Shown: positions 56,435-64,000 of the stretch, in pieces
Layout of the letters: every line of letters starts with the position of its first letter
Numbering within the stretch: position 1 is the first letter of the stretch
NCBI GenBank assembly: GCA_028688415.1
Contig: JAQTYF010000001.1
Location: 144,627-208,626, forward strand
Length of the DNA stretch: 64,000 nt
Origin: Candidatus Moraniibacteriota bacterium
GTDB taxonomy: Bacteria; Patescibacteriota; Minisyncoccia; Moranbacterales; UBA1568
Reading direction: 5' to 3'
The notes under the pieces: generated by a model
What the model saw: only the letters and a program-made list of their open reading frames with translations
What the model was told of the DNA's origin: nothing
Databases searched by the model: none
Translations under genes and position numbers: made by a program

Positions 56435-56490
56435 TGTCATCGTCGCTTGCTTGTCATATCGTTTCGCGAACGACAATGATGAGCAATAGG
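56435..56490. repeat. imperfect palindromic element centred on TTCGCGAA (copy A; inverted relative to copy B)
   Basis: tgtcatcgtcgcttgcttgtcatatcgtttcgcgaacgacaatgatgagc is ~80% identical to the reverse complement of 58148-58206. Confidence 0.5.
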
Positions 56491-56574
56491 ATGTTTCTAT
56501 TTATTTTCTTTCCCTCAGTATACCAAGCAAAAAGAAAATTGACAAAGTTGTTCTCCTGATACTATGCTGTCGAT

Positions 56575-56850
56575 ATGATAAAAAAAATATTACTAGCATC
56601 GATTCGACTCTATCAGAAAACCCTTTCGCTCGAACATGGGTTTATGGGGAGGGTATTTGGTGAACGGTTTTGTCGATTTTATCCGACGTGTAGTGCTTAT
56701 ACGTACGAAGCCATAGAACGATATGGTGTTCCGCGTGGAGGTTTTATGGGACTGAAACGTATCCTTCGTTGTCATCCGTGGAACGATGGAGGATATGACC
56801 CTGTGAGAAAGAAGTCGTCACAAGCGACTGAAGTCGTGCCAAAGGCGTGA
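56575..56850 (+). CDS. yidD: membrane protein insertion efficiency factor YidD
   Basis: YQKTLS...[17 protein letters not shown]...G..R..RC. Confidence 0.85.
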   Translation: MIKKILLASIRLYQKTLSLEHGFMGRVFGERFCRFYPTCSAYTYEAIERYGVPRGGFMGLKRILRCHPWNDGGYDPVRKKSSQATEVVPKA

Positions 56851-56917
56851 TGTTCTTGTCCTATAGAAGAGAGTGAGTAAGGGTAGTTTGTTTAACAACG
56901 GAAAAGGAGATTGAAAA

Positions 56918-57130
56918 ATGACAGCTAAGAAAAAGCCTGATGGGAAACAGCTAAAGGTTGTTCCATCCAAGCCATCGACACACATCGTGTGTCACATCTT
57001 TTTATCGACTCTCGGTTTGAATCCTGAAGAGGGAAAAAACCGGACTATTCCCGTCCTTTGGGCGAGACGTGATCACTTCTGCAAAGGGAATCGTGTCTGT
57101 GAACAGAATTGTCGCAATCAGTGTCAATGA
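56918..57130 (+). CDS. hypothetical small protein (70 aa)
   Basis: AAAAGGAG RBS upstream; no motif. Confidence 0.3.
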   Translation: MTAKKKPDGKQLKVVPSKPSTHIVCHIFLSTLGLNPEEGKNRTIPVLWARRDHFCKGNRVCEQNCRNQCQ

Positions 57131-57226
57131 AGAATTTATAAAGCGCGTTCAGGTGAACGCTTGTGGTATTGCCACACAAGAATAGGAGGTCTGAAATAAG
57201 CCTCCTTTTTCATTGTCTTTTTTGAA

Positions 57227-57267
57227 TTGGCACTCTACTTGACAGAGTGCCAATTCGTATTTATAAT
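57227..57267 (+). promoter_or_regulatory. CIRCE-like HrcA operator (TTGGCACTC-N9-GAGTGCCAA) overlapping a TTGACA-17-TATAAT promoter
   Basis: Inverted repeat 57227-57253 matches CIRCE consensus TTAGCACTC-N9-GAGTGCTAA at 16/18. TTGACA 57239-57244, TATAAT 57262-57267; immediately upstream of hrcA. Confidence 0.7.
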
Positions 57268-57318
57268 GTATATAAGAGTTATTTATCTCTTATCAATTAT
57301 CACTTATCTTTTTCTGAA

Positions 57319-58113
57319 ATGAACAATCGTCAAGAAAAAATTCTCTCAGCTATCGTCGATATCTATACGAGGACAGCATTGCCAGTAGGATCGCAAGCTC
57401 TCCTTGAAGAATATGATTTTGGTGTGAGCTCTGCGACACTGCGAAGTGATATGGTAATCCTCGAGGAAGAAGGATATCTCTATCAACCACATGTCTCTGC
57501 TGGACGTATCCCGACCGATGTAGGGTATCGGAAATATGTCGAAGAGATGATGGGGGAAAAAACGCTCTCACATAAAGATCAAGAACGGTTACAAACAGAA
57601 CTCCTCATGCTCAAGGCCAAACATCTTCGTCTCGGTCGTACGACAGCCAAACTTCTTTCGGCACTCTCTGGCAATCTCGCCGTTTCGGGTGTGTGGAAAA
57701 AGCCTGCCCGCCACACTTCTGATTCCGCTGAAACGGGAGAGGATGTGGGAGGGGATGAATTCTATGATTTCGGGATGAAGGAGATGATCGAGAAACCGGA
57801 ATTCAAAGAAATCGATGAACTCTGTCGTCTCGTAGAAACACTCGATTCGCTCGACGAGAAACTCGATGGCATTATGCTCAAACTGAAAGACGGAGAGACA
57901 CAGATATTTATCGGCAATGAAAATCCGATTCGTGGTATAGACAACTGTTCGATGGTCGTCGCCCCGTATCAGAACAAAGAAGGGGAACGAGGAATGCTCG
58001 CTATCATCGGTCCGAAACGAATGGATTATGCGAAGAATAAATCCCTCATCGAATATATGAAAAAATTGTTGTCTTCCTCGCTCGTCGTCATCGTCTTTAT
58101 TTCTCTCTCATAA
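57319..58113 (+). CDS. hrcA: heat-inducible transcription repressor HrcA
   Basis: MNNRQEKILSAIVDIYTRTALPVGSQALLEEY, winged-helix N-terminus typical of HrcA; followed by grpE-dnaK. Confidence 0.85.
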   Translation: MNNRQEKILSAIVDIYTRTALPVGSQALLEEYDFGVSSATLRSDMVILEEEGYLYQPHVSAGRIPTDVGYRKYVEEMMGEKTLSHKDQERLQTELLMLKAKHLRLGRTTAKLLSALSGNLAVSGVWKKPARHTSDSAETGEDVGGDEFYDFGMKEMIEKPEFKEIDELCRLVETLDSLDEKLDGIMLKLKDGETQIFIGNENPIRGIDNCSMVVAPYQNKEGERGMLAIIGPKRMDYAKNKSLIEYMKKLLSSSLVVIVFISLS

Positions 58114-58125
58114 ACGAAACAAATA

Positions 58126-58302
58126 TGACGATGGAAAAGAATTCATCACCGTCGCTCGCCACCGTCGTTTCGCGAACGACGTGGCAAGCGAGCGACGTGA
58201 CAAGAGAAAAAGAAGAAGAGAGAAAGAATAAGGAACTCTCAGAAGCAGAAAAACAAGAACAATTCGAACTCGCAAAAAATAGACTAACCCGTTCATCGTA
58301 AT
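58126..58302 (+). pseudogene. grpE 5'-end pseudo-start: near-duplicate of grpE codons 1-25 interrupted by a ~30-bp palindromic insert
   Basis: atgacgatggaaaagaattcatcaccgtcgctcgcc...gagcgacgtgacaagagaa parallels the grpE start atgacgaataaaaaaaagaattcatcaccatcgctcgcgagcgacgtgacaagagaa; encodes MTMEKNSSPSLA...DVTRE. Confidence 0.45.
58148..58206. repeat. imperfect palindromic element centred on TTCGCGAA (copy B)
   Basis: accgtcgctcgccaccgtcgtttcg|cgaacgacgtggcaagcgagcgacgt; the arms are near-perfect reverse complements of each other. Confidence 0.55.
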
Positions 58303-58308
58303 AAAAAT

Positions 58309-58896
58309 ATGACGAATAAAAAAAAGAATTCATCACCATCGCTCGCGAGCGACGTGACAAGAGAACAGGAAGAAATAAACAAGGATCAAGAACCAACAGA
58401 GATCACTGAAGAAATGGAAGAGAAATCAGAATGGCAAGTGAAGGCAGAGGAATACCTCGAAGACCTGAAAAGAACGCAAGCAGACTTCGAAAACTACAAG
58501 AAACGACAGGTAGAATCACAGAAGGAGTTGCGCGGGATGCTCATAGAAAAACTGGTACTCGATATTGTCCCTGTTCTCGATAATTTCCGTTCTGCGACAT
58601 CTCATGTACCACCTGAACAGTCGAGTAGTCCGTGGGTCGTCGGTATCCAATATATCGAGAAACAACTCGAAACAGTACTGACCGATAATGGAATGCAAGT
58701 GATGGAAACGAAAGAAGGAGATGTATTTGATCCGAGTATCCACGAAGCGATTGATACAGAAAAAAATACTGAAGAAAATGTAGAAAGCGATGAGGCAAAG
58801 AAGAATGATGAACAGCACACGGTAGCCAAAGTTATTCAGAAAGGATACAAGTTTGGAGAAAGAGTCGTGAGGCCAGCGAAGGTAATCGTTAAATAA
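58309..58896 (+). CDS. grpE: nucleotide exchange factor GrpE
   Basis: LEDLKRTQADFENYKKR, VLDNFRSA, and C-terminal beta-domain signature. Confidence 0.85.
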   Translation: MTNKKKNSSPSLASDVTREQEEINKDQEPTEITEEMEEKSEWQVKAEEYLEDLKRTQADFENYKKRQVESQKELRGMLIEKLVLDIVPVLDNFRSATSHVPPEQSSSPWVVGIQYIEKQLETVLTDNGMQVMETKEGDVFDPSIHEAIDTEKNTEENVESDEAKKNDEQHTVAKVIQKGYKFGERVVRPAKVIVK

Positions 58897-59022
58897 GAAG
58901 ATGTATTATGTATTAAGTATAACGTATACTGTATGGAAATACATGATACAGAATACGTGATACGGTATACGACCAGTTAAATTAATTAAGTAAATATATT
59001 GTAACAAATTAACATTAATATT

Positions 59023-60963
59023 ATGAGCAAGATATTAGGTATCGATCTCGGAACAACCAATTCAGCAATGGCATTTGTCGAAGGTGGTACTCCGTCGATC
59101 ATCGAAAATAAAGAAGGGAATCGTACGACACCATCGATGGTAGCCGTATCAAAGACAGGAGAACGCCTCGTCGGACTCCTCGCCAAGCGTCAGGGAGTGA
59201 CCAATCCGGAAAATACACTCTACTCAGTGAAGCGTCTCATCGGACGACATTTCAACGATGACGAAGTGAAGCGTGATATGAAAACGCTTCCGTACAAAGT
59301 CATTCAGTCAGGTGAAGGTGTGAAAATTGTGATGAGTGGCAAAGAATACACGCCACAAGAAGTGAGTGCAATGATCCTCTCCAAGCTCAAGGCTGATGCC
59401 GAAGAAAAACTTGGTGAGAAAATTACCGATGCAGTCATCACAGTGCCTGCGTACTTCGATGATTCTCAACGCAAAGCGACCAAAGAAGCTGGAGAAATCG
59501 CTGGATTCAATGTTCGTCGTATTATCAACGAACCAACAGCAGCCGCTCTCGCCTACGGATTCAATAAAAAGAAAGATGAGAAAATCGCTGTCTATGACCT
59601 TGGTGGTGGAACATTCGATATTTCCATTCTCGAAGTTGCAGAAGATACTGTCGAAGTGAAATCAACGAATGGTGATACACACCTCGGAGGTGATGATTTT
59701 GATCAACGCATCATCCACTGGATTTTGGATGAATTCAAGAAACAAGAAGGCATCGATCTTTCCAAAGATCCTCTCTCACTCCAGCGTATCAAAGAAGCTG
59801 CTGAGAAGGCCAAGATTGAGCTCTCAACTGCCAACGAAACAGAAATCAATCAACCGTTCATCACGGCTGATGCGTCTGGACCAAAACACATGCTCATCAA
59901 GCTTTCTCGATCCAAGCTCGAAGAACTCGTCGGCGATCTTGTGACCGCATCATTCGAACCAGTCAAGAAAGCTCTCGCTGATGCAAAACTTGATGTGAAA
60001 GACATCAGTGAGGTCGTGCTTGTTGGTGGTATGACTCGTATGCCACTCGTCCTCGCTGAAGTAGAGAAATTCTTCGGTAAGAAACCAAACATTACGGTGA
60101 ACCCTGATGAAGTAGTAGCACTCGGTGCTGCTATCCAGGGAGGTGTGCTCGAAGGATCAGTGAAAGACGTGCTTCTCCTCGATGTCACTCCACTGACATT
60201 CGGTATTGAAACAATGGGAGGTGTCCGTACGCCACTTATTGATCGCAATACGACCGTTCCAGTTTCTCGATCACAAGTGTTCTCGACCGCTGCTGACAAT
60301 CAGCCATCTGTCCAGATTCATGTCCTCCAAGGGGAGCGTGAAATGGCCGGAGATAACAAATCACTCGGACAGTTTATTCTCGATGGTATTATGCCGGCAC
60401 CACGTGGTATCCCACAGATCGAAGTGACTTTTGATATCGATGCCTCTGGTATTCTCACGGTATCTGCCAAGGACAAGGCGACGGGCAAGAGTCAGAATAT
60501 CCGTATCGAATCATCGACAGGACTTTCCAAAGATGAAATCGAACGTATGAAGAAAGATGCTGAGATGCATGCCGATGAAGACAAACGAAAGAAAGAACTC
60601 ATCGAGGCACGCAATATGGCAGACAGTCTTTCTTACACGACTGAAAAGTCGATGAAAGATGCAGGGGACAAACTCACCGCTGAAGAGAAGAAACCAGTTG
60701 AAGAAGCCATCACTGAACTCAACAAAGTGAAGAACGGTGATGACCTCGAAGCCATCAAGAAAGCAACTGAAACACTTTCTCAGTCAGCTCAAAAGATTGG
60801 TGAGAAACTCTACAAGGCCGCACAAGAGGCTGAAGCAGCTAAGGCGAGTGCTACAGGCGCACAGCCAGGTGCTGAAGGCGCTACTGGTACGACCGAAGCT
60901 CCAAAAGAAGCCGAGACCGAACCTGTTTCAGAAGAAACCAAGCCTGAAGAAGAAAAGAAGTAA
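59023..60963 (+). CDS. dnaK: molecular chaperone DnaK
   Basis: [29 protein letters not shown], acidic C-terminal tail; 646 aa. Confidence 0.95.
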   Translation: MSKILGIDLGTTNSAMAFVEGGTPSIIENKEGNRTTPSMVAVSKTGERLVGLLAKRQGVTNPENTLYSVKRLIGRHFNDDEVKRDMKTLPYKVIQSGEGVKIVMSGKEYTPQEVSAMILSKLKADAEEKLGEKITDAVITVPAYFDDSQRKATKEAGEIAGFNVRRIINEPTAAALAYGFNKKKDEKIAVYDLGGGTFDISILEVAEDTVEVKSTNGDTHLGGDDFDQRIIHWILDEFKKQEGIDLSKDPLSLQRIKEAAEKAKIELSTANETEINQPFITADASGPKHMLIKLSRSKLEELVGDLVTASFEPVKKALADAKLDVKDISEVVLVGGMTRMPLVLAEVEKFFGKKPNITVNPDEVVALGAAIQGGVLEGSVKDVLLLDVTPLTFGIETMGGVRTPLIDRNTTVPVSRSQVFSTAADNQPSVQIHVLQGEREMAGDNKSLGQFILDGIMPAPRGIPQIEVTFDIDASGILTVSAKDKATGKSQNIRIESSTGLSKDEIERMKKDAEMHADEDKRKKELIEARNMADSLSYTTEKSMKDAGDKLTAEEKKPVEEAITELNKVKNGDDLEAIKKATETLSQSAQKIGEKLYKAAQEAEAAKASATGAQPGAEGATGTTEAPKEAETEPVSEETKPEEEKK

Positions 60964-61033
60964 GGAAAAATGTAGTATAATAAAAGCGGGACAGAATGTC
61001 CCGCTTTTATGGTAAATACGCATTGAAAATTCT

Positions 61034-61642
61034 ATGGAAAAATTTTTTGAACAAGAGAGACCGAAGATTATTGATACACTCGAGATCGCTTCTGGGAATA
61101 TTTCTTTGATACATGAAATGGATAGGGTAGCTACTTTGGAGGGAAAAGAAATAAACTGGGGTGATGCTGTCGTCATTTCCGATATCTCACAGAGAGACCT
61201 CGTTGATGAAAAAACCGCTTTATCTCGAGAAGCTGTCCGTGAAGGAAAGACTCCTTCAAAAGAAATGTACGTTGCTTTTGACAATATCTCGATGCCATTT
61301 TCTGATAATTCTGTAAAGAGAATCATTTGTCGAAATTTCTTTAGCTCCTTCTCTGATATGAGTACGAACGATGGGAGTCAGATAGATACTGAAAAAGTAA
61401 AGAAATATAGAGATGAAATATACAGAGTGCTTGTACCAGGCGGATATCTTTTTATCCACGATACCCTGAGTCCCAAAGTGTCAGATCAGATTTTCGATGA
61501 AAAACTTTTTAATGATCGATTTGATGAAGTTTCCGTCGATGCTACGAATGATCTCAATATTTCTGTTGATTTTGTTTCAAAGATAGAGAATAAATTTGGA
61601 GAAAAAGGTGATCGTGGCATGAGAATCTTTAGGAAGAGGTAG
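61034..61642 (+). CDS. putative class I SAM-dependent methyltransferase (degenerate motif I)
   Basis: DNSVKRIIC (motif II-like) and LVPGGYLFI (motif III LxPGG); motif I glycine loop is degenerate (IIDTLEIASGNIS). Confidence 0.35.
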   Translation: MEKFFEQERPKIIDTLEIASGNISLIHEMDRVATLEGKEINWGDAVVISDISQRDLVDEKTALSREAVREGKTPSKEMYVAFDNISMPFSDNSVKRIICRNFFSSFSDMSTNDGSQIDTEKVKKYRDEIYRVLVPGGYLFIHDTLSPKVSDQIFDEKLFNDRFDEVSVDATNDLNISVDFVSKIENKFGEKGDRGMRIFRKR

Positions 61643-61769
61643 CTATAAAATCCTTACAGATCAGAGTGAATTTCTCTGTTGGATTTTTCATTAAAAATAT
61701 CAATAACTTCTATTTGGAAGCAAGGTTTCTAAGTATTTTCGAAGAATATATTTGATCAAATTATTTATT

Positions 61770-62585
61770 ATGAAAGTAACTATTATTGGGACTGGATTTC
61801 TCGGAGAGGCTATCTATCAAGTTCTGAAGAAACAAGATATTGATATTGTCACGACATATCATACGCACAAGAAATTTGATACTTCTCTCGAGTATGATTT
61901 TTTGAATGATGATCCAGAGAAAGTATTTTCAGAGAACAAAGGAGATGTGGTTATTATGACCGCTATGGTTGAATTCACTGATGACTCAGCACTGCTTCAG
62001 AAATCGATGGAGCGTTTCGTGCAGTTCTTCCATCATTCGAGAATCATCTATATATCGAGTGATGGTATTTTTGATGGAGAACGTGGGGAATATACAGAGA
62101 ATGATATCCCTCACCCAGTCACTTTGTATGGAAAGAATCTGCGCATTTGTGAAGAAGCGGTACGAAAGTATTCAAAAGATTATTGTATCGTCCGTCCCAG
62201 TTATATGTATGGTTTCGTGAATAACGTTCTTGATAATCGACTCAAAACAGCAAAAGAACTGCTCGAGAGAGGTGAAACCGTATCTCGATTTACTGATATG
62301 TATAAGTCGCCACTCAGTTATGCTGAGGCTGCTCAGGTCATCGATGTATTGATATCTTCTGGCTATATTGGAATTGTACATATTTCTGGAGAAAGGATGA
62401 GCGTGTATGATTTCACGAAAAATGGTATGAAATCGCTCGGTATATCAACAAGCACTCTCATAGGTGAACCTATGCCGATACCCAGACCAGTTGGACTTCT
62501 TCCAGACACTTCGCTTCGTTATGATTTGATGGAGCAATTGACACACATAAAACCAAAAAGCATACAGGATGAATTGCAGGTATAA
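61770..62585 (+). CDS. dTDP-4-dehydrorhamnose-reductase-like (RmlD substrate-binding family) NAD(P)-dependent sugar-nucleotide reductase/epimerase
   Basis: MKVTIIGTGFLGEAI Rossmann start; YxxxK-type region LYGKNLRICEEAV; IVRPSYMYG resembles RmlD RTSWVYG. Confidence 0.55.
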   Translation: MKVTIIGTGFLGEAIYQVLKKQDIDIVTTYHTHKKFDTSLEYDFLNDDPEKVFSENKGDVVIMTAMVEFTDDSALLQKSMERFVQFFHHSRIIYISSDGIFDGERGEYTENDIPHPVTLYGKNLRICEEAVRKYSKDYCIVRPSYMYGFVNNVLDNRLKTAKELLERGETVSRFTDMYKSPLSYAEAAQVIDVLISSGYIGIVHISGERMSVYDFTKNGMKSLGISTSTLIGEPMPIPRPVGLLPDTSLRYDLMEQLTHIKPKSIQDELQV

Positions 62586-62617
62586 AATTTCAAATTTTGA
62601 AATATATCGACAAAAAG

Positions 62618-62653
62618 AAAAAAGCCCGACGAATGTTATCGTGCGGGCTTTCT
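62618..62653. terminator. bidirectional terminator hairpin (copy 1 of a repeated terminator element)
   Basis: A-run, agcccgac-gaatgttatc-gtgcgggct, T-rich; sits between convergent genes. Confidence 0.55.
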
Positions 62654-62669
62654 GCATATCAAGGGAGAG

Positions 62670-62975
62670 TCATATTCCATAGGACGTATTCATCAATTCA
62701 TTGAAGCTCTTTTGCCCAACGATAGGAATGTTACTCGGCGCAAAGAGATATTCCTGGCGACATGTTTCGCAGTATGGGACGCTATAAATGTAGTCAAAGG
62801 ATGTTGCTCCACGAATCCGTTTGACGATATGTCCATTGCATCCTTCCTTTATGCATTTCCCGTCTTTCCCGGATCTTTCGAGTAAATATCTTGCAATGAA
62901 TGCTTTCTTCTCAGGGTTTTCAGTGAAAGCTTTTACTCGAGCAATCAAGTCTTCTAACGGCAGTTGACTCGCCAT
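62670..62975 (-). CDS. hypothetical protein with Cys/His zinc-ribbon-like motif
   Basis: CIKEGCNGH...CETC pattern; 101 aa. Confidence 0.3.
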   Translation of the reverse strand: MASQLPLEDLIARVKAFTENPEKKAFIARYLLERSGKDGKCIKEGCNGHIVKRIRGATSFDYIYSVPYCETCRQEYLFAPSNIPIVGQKSFNELMNTSYGI

Positions 62976-63077
62976 GATGTTTACCTCAGTTGTTAAAGAT
63001 ACTCAAAGAGTATAAGATATAGAATTTTTGGTCAAGAATCAGTGATCTTCTTCGTATATTGCATTGAAAGGAAAGAA

Positions 63078-63113
63078 AAAGCCCAGACGAATGTTATCGT
63101 GTGGGCTTTTTTT
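63078..63113. terminator. terminator hairpin (copy 2; ~90% identical to 62618-62653)
   Basis: aaaaagcccagacgaatgttatcgtgtgggcttttttt. Confidence 0.55.
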
Positions 63114-63155
63114 GTAGAGGGGAGCAGTGGCTCATTTGTGTGGTGGCGACTGGTG

Positions 63156-63650
63156 TTACACTGTTATGGCAATGTATTGCCACGAAGGAATGAGATAACT
63201 CCATGGTTTGAGAGACCATATCTGAAGCAATTTCTCGCCACTCACCGCCCGATTGCCGACAGGAAGTGTCGTATCTGAATCAGCGAGCACACTCGGATCA
63301 TAGAGACAATACATATCCTTGTTTCGGCCACACAGTACTACCCAATGTGGGAAGAGTCGACCTCTCACAAAGAGCACTACTGGTCTATGGGTTTTCAAGA
63401 GAAGATTGACTCCGCGCAATAGCTGAACCTTGTCCCCGTACATTTGTATGAAACGGGGAGAAAAACCGTGAGCTACGAAAATTTTGAGCATCGAAGATGG
63501 AGATACTGATTTGTGCTCCAATCCGTCATCTTCCTTATACGTAAGACCGATGGCGTTGATCGCCCATCGGGCACTATGCGGACCACACGCCTTTCTTGGC
63601 ATACGTGAAAAGTTTGTTGGATTTTTCACCAGATATCCCTCCTGTAGCAA
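63156..63650 (-). CDS. stand-alone papain-like cysteine peptidase, C39-like (bacteriocin-leader-peptidase fold)
   Basis: ACGPHSARWAINAIG (Q/xCGxxSxxM...G Cys context) and FPHWVVLCG (HxVVL His context) resemble C39 catalytic motifs; no fused ABC transporter. Confidence 0.45.
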   Translation of the reverse strand: MLQEGYLVKNPTNFSRMPRKACGPHSARWAINAIGLTYKEDDGLEHKSVSPSSMLKIFVAHGFSPRFIQMYGDKVQLLRGVNLLLKTHRPVVLFVRGRLFPHWVVLCGRNKDMYCLYDPSVLADSDTTLPVGNRAVSGEKLLQIWSLKPWSYLIPSWQYIAITV

Positions 63651-63652
63651 TT

Positions 63653-63988
63653 TCAGTAGTAACTGAGGCAGTTGTGAAACTCTATTTTTTGGTGGTTAGT
63701 ACGATCACCAGAAACAGGCTTCGTTTCAAAAGGGACTGAAGCGTCTTCCTCATCCCGTAGGCGCTGATTTTCTTTCTTCAGCACCAGGTAGTACTTGTTG
63801 TACGCCTGAGCCACGCGCTCCTGATGATTCACGCTGGAACCACCGAAACGACGAAGGAATTCCTCCCAGTGCATCTGGTGAGAAGATTCGGCGTATTTCA
63901 GAAACTCGCTACCTGGATCTTTCAAAACGAGCTTTTTCGCTTCATCAAAAGCCAGATTTTTGGTCACAATAATTTGTGGATCATGCAT
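63653..63988 (-). CDS. hypothetical protein (111 aa)
   Basis: ORF only. Confidence 0.3.
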   Translation of the reverse strand: MHDPQIIVTKNLAFDEAKKLVLKDPGSEFLKYAESSHQMHWEEFLRRFGGSSVNHQERVAQAYNKYYLVLKKENQRLRDEEDASVPFETKPVSGDRTNHQKIEFHNCLSYY

Positions 63989-64000
63989 GTCATACTCCTG

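Noticed and set aside
57001-57030. ggtttgaatcc, a tRNA T-loop-like motif
   Set aside because: No complementary T-stem, acceptor stem or anticodon arm can be drawn. It lies inside a small ORF, so it is not a tRNA.
1-64000. CRISPR arrays, rRNA or tRNA genes
   Set aside because: I saw no regularly spaced direct repeats with unique spacers. No intergenic region is both long enough and structured enough for a tRNA, and there is no rRNA-like conserved stretch. Detection by eye is limited, and a tRNAscan/Infernal run would be definitive.

Overview
This is a gene-dense window from a low-GC bacterium on the standard genetic code (TAA/TAG/TGA all act as stops). Core housekeeping genes are compact and often shortened: AspRS lacks the insertion domain (469 aa), AlaRS is 627 aa, and PGK is 350 aa. 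This pattern is consistent with a reduced-genome lineage such as CPR/Patescibacteria, but that is inference only.

Recognisable core genes include ppa, gltX, aspS, rplI, pyrG, rpmA, scpA/scpB, a D-Ala-D-Ala carboxypeptidase, mraY, pgk, a pfkB-family kinase, an ftsA-like gene, alaS, rplU, recR, dnaB, cysS, a corA-like gene, yidD, and a heat-shock cluster. That cluster is hrcA-grpE-dnaK with a CIRCE operator embedded in a consensus TTGACA-17-TATAAT promoter.

Base composition is strongly mosaic:
- Core genes run about 42-48% GC.
- Several accessory blocks run about 28-35% GC: 1-6.8 kb, 11.3-13.5 kb, 14.5-18.2 kb, 21.9-24.8 kb, and 29.5-31.7 kb.
- Three genes are GC-rich at about 50%: the homospermidine synthase and two LuxI-family acyltransferase paralogues.

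The accessory content of most interest:
- An amine/amide biosynthesis-like locus at 0.1-8.5 kb. It holds two PLP aminotransferases, a GCS2-like ligase, an APH-like kinase, an HAD phosphatase, an unknown 435-aa protein and the homospermidine synthase.
- A 2-kb cassette inserted exactly at the 3' end of hss and flanked by perfect 51-bp direct repeats. It carries a 39-aa Gly-rich peptide gene immediately upstream of an M16 (HxxEH) peptidase.
- An AT-rich island holding a 675-aa unknown protein, an orphan MoaA-like radical-SAM GTP cyclase and a Nudix hydrolase. It is bounded by a full histidine kinase on one side and, on the other, a 128-bp remnant of a homologous kinase 3' end that differs mostly at synonymous sites.
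- A second nucleotide-themed block: a frameshifted NDK-like gene with an N-terminal extension, a GT2 glycosyltransferase, a Nudix hydrolase, a SPASM-only fragment and a dNK-like kinase.
- A CYTH / truncated-pyrophosphatase / two-kinase / HExxH block.
- Two GC-rich LuxI-family paralogues.
- Gene remnants (an ABC exporter C-terminus and the HK tail) and small palindromic repeat elements around the heat-shock operon.

No rRNA, tRNA or CRISPR array was detected by eye.
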